The notes beneath the pieces are model-generated. The model was not told where the DNA came from. It was given only the letters and a program-made list of their open reading frames with translations, and ran no database searches. From the NCBI GenBank assembly GCA_947172355.1, contig CAMWBA010000001.1, positions 3,196 through 67,195 of the forward strand: a DNA stretch of 64,000 bases, in the 5' to 3' direction. A program made the position numbers and the translations under genes. This DNA comes from an uncultured Bacillota bacterium (GTDB taxonomy: Bacteria > Bacillota > Clostridia > Oscillospirales > Oscillospiraceae). Shown here one piece after another: positions 20,404 through 29,839 of this stretch (position 1 is its first letter; every line of letters begins with the position of its first letter).

Positions 20404-21372
20404 ATGCAGCCCATCATTGAAACCAAACAACTCACCCACATCTACTCCGCCGGGACTCCTTTCCAGCACACGGCGCTGGACAGTGTGGACTTCTGCGCCT
20501 ATCCCGGGGAGTATCTGGGCATCATCGGTCACACCGGCTCCGGCAAGTCCACCTTGATTCAGCACCTGAACGCTCTGCTGAAACCCACCTCGGGGCAGGT
20601 ACTGTTTCAAGATATGGATATCTGGTCCGACCCCAAGCTCACGCGAAAGACGCGCTTTCAAGTGGGACTGGTATTCCAGTACCCAGAATACCAGCTCTTC
20701 GAGGAGACGGTATACAAGGACATCTCCTTCGGCCCCAAAAACATGGGGCTGGACGAGAAGGAGATCGACCGCCGGGTGCGGGCGGCAGCCTACTTTGTGG
20801 GCCTGCGGGACGATCATCTGGAGAAATCCCCCTTTGAGCTTTCCGGCGGCCAGAAGCGCCGGGTAGCCATCGCTGGGGTGATCGCCATGGAGCCCAAGGT
20901 GCTGATTCTGGACGAACCCACCGCCGGCCTGGACCCGGAGGGGGTGGAGTCCATCCTGGGCAACATCCGGGAGTATCATCAGGCCCACAATGCCACCATT
21001 ATTTTGGTCTCCCACTCCATGGAGGAGGTAGCCCGGTCGGTAGACCGGCTGGTGGCTGTCAACGATGGGGTAATTCCCTTCCAGGGCCCCCCCTGTGAAG
21101 TCTTTCAATACGGGGACGCTCTGGAGAAAATGGGGCTGGGCGTCCCCCAGCTCACCCGGGTGTTCCATCGGTTAAAGGCCATGGGAGTGGACATTGATCC
21201 CTCCGTCTATACCTTAGACCAAGCGAAAGCCATTATCCTGCGTGCTTTGAACCGGAGCCCCCGCCTAGACGGGCTCTGCGGGGAGCGCACAAAGGAGTCT
21301 CCGGAATGTTCGTCCCCCCCAGCGGAACAGGGCACGGAGCGGGCTGCTTCTGCCGAAAAGGAGGCGGACTGA
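20404..21372 (+). CDS. ecfA2: ECF transporter ATPase A2 with C-terminal extension
   Basis: YSAGTPF, GHTGSGKST, VFQYPEYQLFEETV, SPFELSGGQKRR. Confidence 0.93.
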   Translation: MQPIIETKQLTHIYSAGTPFQHTALDSVDFCAYPGEYLGIIGHTGSGKSTLIQHLNALLKPTSGQVLFQDMDIWSDPKLTRKTRFQVGLVFQYPEYQLFEETVYKDISFGPKNMGLDEKEIDRRVRAAAYFVGLRDDHLEKSPFELSGGQKRRVAIAGVIAMEPKVLILDEPTAGLDPEGVESILGNIREYHQAHNATIILVSHSMEEVARSVDRLVAVNDGVIPFQGPPCEVFQYGDALEKMGLGVPQLTRVFHRLKAMGVDIDPSVYTLDQAKAIILRALNRSPRLDGLCGERTKESPECSSPPAEQGTERAASAEKEAD

Positions 21373-22182
21373 ATGGCACTGAAAGATATCACCCTGGGCC
21401 AATACTTTCCCGGAAATTCTGTGGTGCACCGCCTGGACCCCCGGACCAAGCTGATCTGCGTAGTGCTGTATATTGTCGCCCTGTTTTTGGCCAGCTGGTT
21501 TATCACATATGCGGTTATGTTCGGGGTGCTGGCCGGGGCCATCGCCCTGTCCAAAGTCCCCCCTAAATCCATCCTGCGGGGTCTGAAACCGATCCTGTTC
21601 ATCGTGGTGTTCACCGCCTTGCTGAACATCTTTTACACCCCCGGGACCACCGTACTGGCTCAGGTTTGGATTTTCACCGTCACTTTGGAGGGGCTCTGGC
21701 GGGCCTTTTTCATGGTCATCCGGATTATGATGCTCATTTCCGGCACCTTCCTGCTCACCTACACCACCTCCCCCATCCTGCTCACCGACGGGCTGGAGTC
21801 CCTGCTGGGGCCGTTGAAAAAGGTCCGAGTACCGGTCCACGAGCTGGCTATGATGATGTCCATTGCTCTGCGGTTTATTCCCACGCTGATCGAGGAAACG
21901 GACAAGATCATGTCTGCCCAGCGGGCCCGGGGAGCAGACTTTGAAAGCGGAAACCTCATTCAGCGGGCCAAGGCCCTGCTACCCCTGCTGGTACCCCTGT
22001 TCATCTCCGCCTTCCGCCGGGCTGATGAGCTGGCCACCGCCATGGAGTGCCGCTGCTATCACGGCGGAGAGGGCCGCACCCGGTTGCGGCAGCTCAAGTA
22101 TCAGGCGCGGGACTATATGACCCTGTTTTTGTTCCTCGCCACCACCATCGGCGTGGGCGTGTTAGGCCATTTCGGACTGTAA
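21373..22182 (+). CDS. ecfT: ECF transporter T component
   Basis: HRLDPRTK, IALRFIP, AQRARG, AMECRCY. Confidence 0.93.
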   Translation: MALKDITLGQYFPGNSVVHRLDPRTKLICVVLYIVALFLASWFITYAVMFGVLAGAIALSKVPPKSILRGLKPILFIVVFTALLNIFYTPGTTVLAQVWIFTVTLEGLWRAFFMVIRIMMLISGTFLLTYTTSPILLTDGLESLLGPLKKVRVPVHELAMMMSIALRFIPTLIEETDKIMSAQRARGADFESGNLIQRAKALLPLLVPLFISAFRRADELATAMECRCYHGGEGRTRLRQLKYQARDYMTLFLFLATTIGVGVLGHFGL

Positions 22183-22434
22183 CGCGGACAAAACTTCTTG
22201 ACGCAGACCCAATCCAAAGAGATAATAGAGGTCGGTGACCCGGGCCAGATAAATCCCAAAGCACTGTTCAAACCGGTTATACAGATCATAGCCGGCAATT
22301 GCAGCAATTTCTTCGGCTGTCTCATAAAACTCCTGCTTAATTTTGAGATATTGTGGATATTGTGCGCAAAAATCCTGGATGGCTTCGTCAATTTCCGGGT
22401 TGTCTACGAAAAGCATTTTTAACTTGTCGGTCAT
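22162..22434 (-). CDS. small acidic helical hypothetical protein antisense to ecfT
   Basis: 90 aa with RBS aaggag and its own consensus promoter; lower GC. Confidence 0.7.
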   Translation of the reverse strand: MTDKLKMLFVDNPEIDEAIQDFCAQYPQYLKIKQEFYETAEEIAAIAGYDLYNRFEQCFGIYLARVTDLYYLFGLGLRQEVLSALQSEMA

Positions 22435-22448
22435 GATGACAGCTCCTT

Positions 22449-22497
22449 TACGACCTTAAACTGTATATATTATATACGTCCTTAAACCGTATGTCAA
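22449..22497 (-). promoter_or_regulatory. consensus sigmaA promoter with two 18-bp operator repeats
   Basis: minus strand TTGACA(22497-22492)-17-TATAAT(22474-22469); tacgaccttaaactgtat at 22449 and tacgtccttaaaccgtat at 22475. Confidence 0.75.
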
Positions 22498-22512
22498 GTA
22501 CCTGGAGGCATT

Positions 22513-22734
22513 ATGGCAAATTTTTCTGAACGCATTAAGGAACTTCGCAAAGAGCGTGGATTGAAACAGCGCGAGCTGGCCAACATTTGCGGACGGACTC
22601 TGCGCGGTTATCAGCAATATGAATACGGCGAAGGTTACCCCGAGGTCCCCGGTCTGATTTTTCTGGCAGAATACTTTGATGTCAGTTTGGATTACCTCAT
22701 AGGCCGGACCGACAAGCGGGAAGTCAACCGGTGA
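22513..22734 (+). CDS. XRE-family HTH repressor
   Basis: 73 aa, ERIKELRKERGLKQRELA...YEYGEGYP...LAEYFDVSLDYLIGR. Confidence 0.9.
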   Translation: MANFSERIKELRKERGLKQRELANICGRTLRGYQQYEYGEGYPEVPGLIFLAEYFDVSLDYLIGRTDKREVNR

Positions 22735-22735
22735 G

Positions 22736-22788
22736 CGCCCAAAAGGCCCCCGCAGGGGACGAGGGCTTTGCCGCCTACGGGCGGGACG
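22736..22788 (-). repeat. structured intergenic repeat, copy B
   Basis: reverse complement begins cgtcccgcccgtaggc...aaagc and has the same predicted fold as 20310-20358. Confidence 0.55.
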
Positions 22789-22801
22789 AAAGGTTTTTAC
22801 G

Positions 22802-23554
22802 ATGGAACGCAATGTAGCTTTAAAACTGATGTACAACGGCTCGGCCTACCACGGCTGGCAGGTGCAGAAGAACGCCGTCTCGGTGGCGGAGACCCTGGAA
22901 AAAGCCCTGGCCGCCACAGTAGGACACCCGGTGAAGTGCACCGGGGCTGGACGGACCGATGCCGGGGTTCACGCGGAGGTCTACGTGGCCAATTTCCGCA
23001 CCACCTCCCGGATTCCGCTGGACAAACTGCCCCTGGCGGTAAACACCCGGCTCCCCGACGACATTGTGGTGGTAAGGGCCACTCAGGTGCCGGACCGCTT
23101 CAACGCCATCGGTTCCTGCCAGAAAAAGGAGTATACCTACCGCATCTACAACTCCCGGCTGGGGAATCCCTTTTTTGTCAACCGGGCCTGGTTCTATCCC
23201 AAGCACCTGGACGAGACCGTTATGGCCCGGGCGGCGGCACAGTTTGTGGGCACCCATGACTTTCGGGCGGTACGCTCGGTGGGGACCGAGACCAAGACCA
23301 CCGTGCGGACCGTCCACTGGTTTGATGTGGCGCGTCAGGGCGAACTGATCTCCTGCCGGGTGTGCGCCAACGGCTTTCTTTACAACATGGTCCGTGCCAT
23401 GGTGGGCACCATTGTCTATGCCGCCGAGGGCAAACTGGCCCCTGAAGACATCCCGGCTATTTTAGACTTGGGCAACCGGACCCTGGCCGGCCCCACCGTT
23501 CCGCCGGGCGGGCTTTACATGACAAAATTATGGTATGAAGAGGATATTTTATAA
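22802..23554 (+). CDS. truA: tRNA pseudouridine(38-40) synthase
   Basis: YNGSAYHGWQ, AGRTDAGVHA, GTHDF, NGFLYNMVR. Confidence 0.95.
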   Translation: MERNVALKLMYNGSAYHGWQVQKNAVSVAETLEKALAATVGHPVKCTGAGRTDAGVHAEVYVANFRTTSRIPLDKLPLAVNTRLPDDIVVVRATQVPDRFNAIGSCQKKEYTYRIYNSRLGNPFFVNRAWFYPKHLDETVMARAAAQFVGTHDFRAVRSVGTETKTTVRTVHWFDVARQGELISCRVCANGFLYNMVRAMVGTIVYAAEGKLAPEDIPAILDLGNRTLAGPTVPPGGLYMTKLWYEEDIL

Positions 23555-23561
23555 GTAAAGT

Positions 23562-24734
23562 ATGACAGAGAAGGCAAAAGCCCCCAAGCGGGCAAAAAAA
23601 ACCAATATTCTTGTCCGCCTGCTGACCTTTGGCGCAACCGGTGCGCTGCTGCTGGGGGCGCTGGTCCTTGTGGTCTATCGGGATCAGTTTAATCTGGACG
23701 CGCTCAAGCGCCAGATCGCCTACCACAATATGCAGACCAGCGACACCGGAGAGGCCGCCCCGTTTACCCACGCCGGCGGCAGCCGGCTGGACCTTTCCTA
23801 TCTGGAACGTGGGGTGGTCACTTCCTCCACCACCGGCGCCCACTACTATGGGCTGGATGGGGAATCCCTGGCCGAGGAGGTCCTCTCCATGGATAACCCT
23901 ATTTTGGAGAGCTCCCGCACCACCGGCGTAGTATACGACGTGGGCGGCTCCTCCCTCTTTGCCTTTCGCGGCAGCGAGGAGGTCTTCTCCCTCTCCCTCA
24001 GCGGCAGCGGCGACCTGCTGTCCGCCCGGCCCAACGACAGCGGGTGGGTTGCAGTTACCGCCCAGCGCAGCGGATACAAAGGGGCGGTAACCGTCTATAA
24101 TCACCACGGGCATGAGGTCATTCAAATCAGCCTGTCCACCACCTTTGCGGTGGATGCTGCCGTCTCCCCCGACTGCAAAACGGTGGCTGTGGTCACCATC
24201 GGCCAGGAGGGCGGACGCTTTTTCAGCCGCCTGCTGCTCTACCCTGTCAACCAGAAGGAGCCCTCCGCCCAGATTGACCTGGGCAGTCTGACCGTGCTGG
24301 ATTTGGACTATGAGGATGATCTGATCTGGGTACTGGGAGAAGACCGGCTGCTGATGGTCAGTACCGGGGACAACAGCGTCCAAAGCTATACCTTTTCCCC
24401 CAGCTATCTGAAGGGCTGCTCTCTGGGGGGGGAGGGCTTCGCCCTTCTGCTCACCGGACACTATCGCTCCGGCGGCGCCACCCAGGCCACTGTGATCCAC
24501 GGCGCGGGCCAATCGGCCCGGAGCATTGAGCTCACCGGGCAAGTTTTGGATTATGCCGCTGCCGGTTCCTACTGCGCACTGCTGTCCGGCAGCCGCCTTA
24601 TCATCTACAACCAAGAGTTAGCCCAATATGCTGTTTTGGAAGAACCCCAGGGGGCTCAATATCTGGACCTGGCGCCCAACGGCTCCGCCCTGCTGGCCAA
24701 CGACCAACAGGCCTGGCTGTATATCCCCCAGTAA
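23562..24734 (+). CDS. membrane-anchored beta-propeller protein (DUF5711-like)
   Basis: N-terminal TM segment, repeated beta-blade pattern, SGYKGAVTVY. Confidence 0.6.
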   Translation: MTEKAKAPKRAKKTNILVRLLTFGATGALLLGALVLVVYRDQFNLDALKRQIAYHNMQTSDTGEAAPFTHAGGSRLDLSYLERGVVTSSTTGAHYYGLDGESLAEEVLSMDNPILESSRTTGVVYDVGGSSLFAFRGSEEVFSLSLSGSGDLLSARPNDSGWVAVTAQRSGYKGAVTVYNHHGHEVIQISLSTTFAVDAAVSPDCKTVAVVTIGQEGGRFFSRLLLYPVNQKEPSAQIDLGSLTVLDLDYEDDLIWVLGEDRLLMVSTGDNSVQSYTFSPSYLKGCSLGGEGFALLLTGHYRSGGATQATVIHGAGQSARSIELTGQVLDYAAAGSYCALLSGSRLIIYNQELAQYAVLEEPQGAQYLDLAPNGSALLANDQQAWLYIPQ

Positions 24735-24750
24735 TTGTTTGGAGGTACTC

Positions 24751-25446
24751 ATGAACTATATCTATTATGACGTCATCATCGCAGCCGTCCTGCTTTTTTT
24801 CCTCTGGCGGGGATACCGCAGAGGCTTTGTGCTGACGCTGTGCTCTCTGCTGGCCGTCTTTGTGGCCCTGGTTGGGGCCTCGATTCTGTCCAACGCCCTG
24901 GCCGATCCGGCAGCTAAGGCGGTGGAACCTATGGTCCTGCAACGCATCCAGGAGTCGCTTACCGAGGCCATCCAGCACACCGAGTTCATTGCCGCAGACG
25001 GCAGCGTCGCTGAGAAGCCGGAGGAGGTAGCTTTGGCCGGTGTGATCGCCCATTTAAAGGAGTCCAATCTGTTCCAAGGGTTTGCCGACGCCTTCCAAAA
25101 AGCGGTGGATGGCGGTGTGGCAGAGGTCACCGCCAATGCCGCCCAGACCTTGGCCCACTTTGTGGCGGTACAGATTGCCCGCATGGTCATTTTTGCCATT
25201 GCCTTTGCCGCCGTTCTTATCGCATGGTTCTTTCTCAGCCACGCCCTGGATCTGGTGGCAAAGCTGCCCGTCCTCAATACCGTCAACCAGTGGGCCGGCG
25301 GAGCGGTGGGCTTGAGCAAAGGGGCGCTGATTGTGTTTATCGCCGTCTGGCTGCTCCGGGGCAGCTACATTCCCCCAGAGGCTGTGGAGGAGACCTATCT
25401 GCTGAACTTCTTTGCCTCCGTCAGTCCTCTGTCATTTTTCCTATAA
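24751..25446 (+). CDS. CvpA (colicin V production) family membrane protein
   Basis: DVIIAAVLL...GYRRGFV N-terminus and VNQWAGGAVG..KG motif. Confidence 0.75.
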   Translation: MNYIYYDVIIAAVLLFFLWRGYRRGFVLTLCSLLAVFVALVGASILSNALADPAAKAVEPMVLQRIQESLTEAIQHTEFIAADGSVAEKPEEVALAGVIAHLKESNLFQGFADAFQKAVDGGVAEVTANAAQTLAHFVAVQIARMVIFAIAFAAVLIAWFFLSHALDLVAKLPVLNTVNQWAGGAVGLSKGALIVFIAVWLLRGSYIPPEAVEETYLLNFFASVSPLSFFL

Positions 25447-25543
25447 ACCCTATATTTCTCATAGGGTGTGTTCATAGCCAGTTCATAATTGGGGTGTACT
25501 ATCTCCTCAAACGTGGACTTTTCCCGAAAGGAGCGTATTGATT

Positions 25544-27859
25544 ATGCAGCCTACCATGTGCAGCCGCTGCGGCAAAAATGTGGCGGTCATCTTTATCACT
25601 AAGCTGGAGGGGGGCACCTCAAAAAACGAGGGGCTCTGCCTGAAGTGTGCCCGTGAAATGGGCATTAAGCCCATTGACGACATGATGAAGCGAATGGGCA
25701 TCAGCGACGAGGACCTGGACAACCTCACAACTGAGATGATGTCCGCTTTTGGCGGCGCGGAGGGAATCGAGGGTATGATGTCCCCCGCCAAGGACGAGGA
25801 CGATGAAGAGGACGATGGCCGCACCGCCACCTTCCCCTTCCTCAACCAGCTCTTTGGGGGCGGAAGCAGCGGTTCCCCCTCCCCTTCCAGTCCCGGCGAG
25901 GGTTCCACTCCGCCCAGCCGCAGCGAAAAAAGCGCTGCCAAGCCCGCCAAACGCAAGTTTTTGGACAGCTACTGCATCTCCCTGACCCAGCGGGCCCAGG
26001 AGGGTAAGTTGGATAAGTTAATTGGCCGGGAGCGGGAGCTGGAGCGGGTGGTGCAGATTCTGAACCGCCGGCAGAAGAACAACCCCTGCCTCATCGGTGA
26101 GCCTGGCGTGGGCAAAACTGCCATTGCGGAAGGATTGGCCCAGCGCATCGCAGCCAAGGATGTCCCCTATAAGCTGATGGACAAAGAGGTCTATCTGCTG
26201 GATCTCACCGCTCTGGTGGCCGGCACCCAATTCCGGGGCCAGTTTGAAAGCCGTATGAAGGGTCTCATTGAGGAGATCCGCAAGCTGGGCAATATCATAC
26301 TGGTGATCGACGAGGTACACACCATCGTGGGCGCCGGCGATGCCGAGGGTTCCATGAATGCCGCCAACATTCTCAAACCTGCCCTCAGCCGGGGTGAGAT
26401 TCAAGTCATTGGCGCCACCACCCTCAACGAATACCGCAAACACATCGAGAAGGACACCGCTCTAGAGCGCCGCTTCCAGCCTGTGATTGTGGAGGAGCCC
26501 TCCATTGAGGACAGCGTAAAGGTCATTGAGGGCATCGTCCCCTACTATGAGTCCTTCCATCAGGTGGCCGTGTCTCCCGCCATGTGCCGCCTGGCCGTCA
26601 CCATGAGTGAACGGTATATCACCGACCGTTACCTCCCCGACAAGGCCATCGATCTGATCGACGAGGCCTGTTCCAATGTAAACCTCCACAACAAGGCGCT
26701 TGCCCGGCTCAACGAGGTGGACAAAGAACTGGCCGATCTGAATAAAGAAAAAGAGGTTATGATGGCTGCGGGAACCGAGGAGTCCTATCAGCGGCTGGCC
26801 ACCATTAAGAGCATGGAGCTGCGCTTGGAGGAGGAAAAGACCAATTTGGAGGGGGAAGCCCACCCCGCCCTCACCCAAGAGCATCTGGCCAATGTCATCG
26901 AGCTGTGGACCAATATCCCCGCCAGCCGCATCCAAGAGCAGGAGTTCCAGCGCCTGGCCAATCTGGATAACCGGCTGTCCGGCCATATCATTGGCCAGGA
27001 CGAGGCGGTTAAAGCGGTCTCTGCCGCCATCCGCCGGGGGCGTGTGGGCATCTCTCCTAAGCGCAAACCTGTCTCCTTTATCTTTGTGGGTTCCACCGGC
27101 GTGGGCAAGACCGAACTGGTCAAACAGCTGGCCGCCGATCTGTTCGACACCCCGGAATCTCTCATTCGGCTGGATATGTCTGAGTTCATGGAGAAACACG
27201 CTGTCTCCCGGATTATCGGCTCTCCTCCAGGCTATGTAGGTTATGACGAGGCGGGCCAACTGACCGAAAAGGTGCGGAGAAAGCCCTATTGCGTGGTCCT
27301 CTTCGACGAGATTGAAAAAGCTCACCCCGATGTTCTGAACATCCTCCTTCAGATTCTGGATGACGGCCGCATCACCGATGCCCATGGCCGGACGGTTAAC
27401 TTTGAAAACACCGTCATTGTAATGACCACCAACGCCGGCAGCAGTACCAAGGTGGGCTCTGTGGGCTTTGGCCGCACCGCAAACGAGCAGGGCAAAGACC
27501 GGGCCATGAAAGCACTGAATGATTTCCTGCGCCCCGAGTTTATCAACCGGGTGGACGAGATCGTCTACTTTAACCAGCTGTCTGAGGAAAATTTCAAGGG
27601 CATCGCCGTCCTTATGCTCAAGGAGCTGGTGGGCACGTTGAAGGAGAAGGATATCAACTTCACTTGGGATGAAACCCTTTTGGACTATCTGGTGCAAAAG
27701 TCCTACTCCGCCACATACGGCGCCCGAAACCTGCGCCGTCTTATCCAGAAGGAGCTGGAGGACGCCATTGCTGTCCGGCTCATTGAGGGATATCAGAACC
27801 CGGTGTCCCAGCTCAAAGCCATCTCCGATGGAGAAAAGCTGGAACTGCTGGCTATGTAA
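25544..27859 (+). CDS. Clp/Hsp100 ATPase with N-terminal Zn-binding domain (ClpC/ClpE-like)
   Basis: CSRC...CLKC; two AAA modules GEPGVGKT and GSTGVGKT; [14 protein letters not shown]; GARNLRR. Confidence 0.92.
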   Translation: MQPTMCSRCGKNVAVIFITKLEGGTSKNEGLCLKCAREMGIKPIDDMMKRMGISDEDLDNLTTEMMSAFGGAEGIEGMMSPAKDEDDEEDDGRTATFPFLNQLFGGGSSGSPSPSSPGEGSTPPSRSEKSAAKPAKRKFLDSYCISLTQRAQEGKLDKLIGRERELERVVQILNRRQKNNPCLIGEPGVGKTAIAEGLAQRIAAKDVPYKLMDKEVYLLDLTALVAGTQFRGQFESRMKGLIEEIRKLGNIILVIDEVHTIVGAGDAEGSMNAANILKPALSRGEIQVIGATTLNEYRKHIEKDTALERRFQPVIVEEPSIEDSVKVIEGIVPYYESFHQVAVSPAMCRLAVTMSERYITDRYLPDKAIDLIDEACSNVNLHNKALARLNEVDKELADLNKEKEVMMAAGTEESYQRLATIKSMELRLEEEKTNLEGEAHPALTQEHLANVIELWTNIPASRIQEQEFQRLANLDNRLSGHIIGQDEAVKAVSAAIRRGRVGISPKRKPVSFIFVGSTGVGKTELVKQLAADLFDTPESLIRLDMSEFMEKHAVSRIIGSPPGYVGYDEAGQLTEKVRRKPYCVVLFDEIEKAHPDVLNILLQILDDGRITDAHGRTVNFENTVIVMTTNAGSSTKVGSVGFGRTANEQGKDRAMKALNDFLRPEFINRVDEIVYFNQLSEENFKGIAVLMLKELVGTLKEKDINFTWDETLLDYLVQKSYSATYGARNLRRLIQKELEDAIAVRLIEGYQNPVSQLKAISDGEKLELLAM

Positions 27860-27864
27860 AAACA

Positions 27865-27902
27865 GACCGGGCGGCGCATGGATAAGACATGCGCCGCCCG
27901 GT
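27865..27902. terminator. hairpin downstream of the Clp gene
   Basis: accgggcggcgcatg-loop-catgcgccgcccggt. Confidence 0.7.
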
Positions 27903-27986
27903 TTATACCGTATGAAAGGACCATGCAGGAACGGCATCTGCCGCTCCCGCATGGCCCTTTTGGGAATATTCGAGATCAATCTGACG

Positions 27987-29513
27987 CTATCTGGTACTGG
28001 GAATCAGAAGCATCCGGCCAGCCGGCAGAATATCCGCTTCCAGTTCGTTAGCTTGAAGAATCTGTTCCATGGTAGTACCATGGGCCTTCGCAATGTCCCA
28101 CAGCTCCTCCCCAGGCGCGGGCAGACGCAGAACCACAGAGGGCCGGACCTCCTCCCCGACTCCCCGGGCCTCGCCCAGCCGGGCAGAGGTCACCGCAGGA
28201 ATGGCTGCTGTTTCGGTGGTCAAGCAGTGGAACTCTACGGTAAAGCGCACCTCCACTCCGCCAGCAGCAGGGGCTGCAAAGACTTCCCCGGGACAGATGC
28301 AGAAGCAGGAGCACCTGGCCTTCTCTGCGCAATCCAAACGGCAAGTCACCGGGAGGGACCGCTGAATACACTGGACCAGCTCGTTTTCATCCAGGTAGAG
28401 GACGGTAATCCAGACATCTGCGGTTAGGACCAGCTCATTCCCTTCCCGATTTTGGGTCACCTGTCCCAAGGCAAGCCGAGCATCTACAATGGAGCGAACC
28501 ATCTCTCCGGTCTCCAGCAGCTCCCGTACCGCCTGGGGGCGCACCGACTGTTCCCCCAAACGGCATAGGGACTGATTCTCCCGCTCCGCTTCCATGAGGT
28601 GGCTGGTGCTGTACAGGTCTTGGAGTAACGTCAACGGCCGGTGGCAACGCACCTGAGCCTGTGCCAGCAGCTCCAGCGAGATCTCCAGTTCCCGGTCGTC
28701 CCCCGGGGCCGGTTCACAGCGAAAGGCGGCTACCTCAATTTCCACCTGACAGTCCCCCTCTTCCCCGGCCTGCGGAACTTCAATAATCTGGGAAAAGGGC
28801 ATGGACTCATGGCTGGCAGACAGCCCGCCCCCTGGCTCTTGCAGCAGGAGATCCAGTTCTACCATTCCTTTGAAAATCAGCTTGGCCCCAATCAGCTTGC
28901 TCTCTGTACACACCGGCTGAGCCCGGGCCGCCAGCAGGCTGGGGGTCTCCCCGGAGCTGGACTGGAGCCGCACCTGGTCTGAGAAGGAAAATGGCTTCTC
29001 TTGTACGGCACACAGCTGATAGTGCTCCCCCTGATATTGACGCTGACAGACATTGTGTTCCTCCGGGTTGGCTACCCCGCAGCAGATGGGCTGCTCCACC
29101 GGCTGGCAGGCTATAATATCCACCGCCAAGTCCACCCGGAGCAGCACCTTTCTGGGGTTGAGCGCCCTGGCCTCCGCCCGGCGCAGCCGCGGACTGGCCA
29201 GCACCGTTCCCGCTTCAGTCAGGCCGGGCGCCTCCGCCTGGCAGGTAAAGGGCAGCCCTACCTCAATCCGCCGCAGTCCGCTGCCGCCCTCCGGCTGATA
29301 GAGAATGCAGGCCCGCACCATCCCGGTCACCTGAGCCATCCCCTCTTTGGCCTGTTTTCCGCTGAGGGTGGCCTGGCCACAGACATCCACAATGCGCAGA
29401 ATATCTGGGCAGGCGTCTGGGACGATGCTCTCTTGAGTCTCCTCCTGACACAGCGTCATCTGCGCCACGGTCTTGTAGCTGATAATGGTATCGCGGTCAA
29501 ATTCCAGTTCCAT
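27987..29513 (-). CDS. SPOCS (DUF3794) plus LysM spore coat morphogenetic protein, SipL-like
   Basis: IVPDACPDILRIV N-terminal motif, three SPOCS-like repeats, C-terminal LysM (GEELWDIAKAHGTT...LLIP). Confidence 0.85.
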   Translation of the reverse strand: MELEFDRDTIISYKTVAQMTLCQEETQESIVPDACPDILRIVDVCGQATLSGKQAKEGMAQVTGMVRACILYQPEGGSGLRRIEVGLPFTCQAEAPGLTEAGTVLASPRLRRAEARALNPRKVLLRVDLAVDIIACQPVEQPICCGVANPEEHNVCQRQYQGEHYQLCAVQEKPFSFSDQVRLQSSSGETPSLLAARAQPVCTESKLIGAKLIFKGMVELDLLLQEPGGGLSASHESMPFSQIIEVPQAGEEGDCQVEIEVAAFRCEPAPGDDRELEISLELLAQAQVRCHRPLTLLQDLYSTSHLMEAERENQSLCRLGEQSVRPQAVRELLETGEMVRSIVDARLALGQVTQNREGNELVLTADVWITVLYLDENELVQCIQRSLPVTCRLDCAEKARCSCFCICPGEVFAAPAAGGVEVRFTVEFHCLTTETAAIPAVTSARLGEARGVGEEVRPSVVLRLPAPGEELWDIAKAHGTTMEQILQANELEADILPAGRMLLIPSTR

Positions 29514-29558
29514 GGTGTCCTCTCCCTTTTGTCATAATGTCAGCCTGGCTTTGTTGAC

Positions 29559-29588
29559 ACTATATGCCCGGGAGCTCTTAAGTATGAC
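29559..29588 (-). promoter_or_regulatory. sigmaE-type promoter of sipL
   Basis: minus strand GTCATAC...GCATATAGT, ATA-N16-CATA. Confidence 0.6.
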
Positions 29589-29640
29589 GGTATGTCCTGT
29601 TTTCTTTGGAATCCCCGCCTTGTACGGGGATCACAGCGCC

Positions 29641-29712
29641 CTATTTCACCTTAAAGATCCTGCGCAGCAGTCCTCGCAGGCACCGGGGGGAACGTACCAC
29701 CACGATACCCAT
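29641..29712 (-). CDS. spoVM: stage V sporulation peptide SpoVM (not in ORF track)
   Basis: MGIVVVRSPRCLRGLLRRIFKVK*, a 23-aa amphipathic basic peptide with Pro9; RBS ggaggggagg; mother-cell-type promoter GTCACA...CATAGGAT at 29787-29759. Confidence 0.8.
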   Translation of the reverse strand: MGIVVVRSPRCLRGLLRRIFKVK

Positions 29713-29795
29713 GCAAACGCCTCCCCTCCCTGTTAATCTGACCGTTGCCGGCTGTTTTATCCTATGCGCCAGCCGGAGATTTGTGACCAGCACAA

Positions 29796-29819
29796 AAGCC
29801 GCTCCGAAGGGAGCGGCTT
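29796..29819 (-). terminator. terminator of the rsmD-coaD operon
   Basis: aagccgctcc-gaag-ggagcggctt. Confidence 0.7.
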
Positions 29820-29839
29820 AGGTGGTTAGGGTTTCGTGT

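Noticed and set aside
25470-25487. GTTCATA direct repeat with 11-bp period upstream of the Clp ATPase
   Set aside because: Does not match CtsR or CIRCE elements; a single short instance is too weak to call
26462-27979. Long antisense ORFs (505 aa here; also 56893-58242, 15027-16052, 23457-24614, 38637-39611)
   Set aside because: Shadows of GC-rich genes on the opposite strand, with no RBS or recognisable motifs
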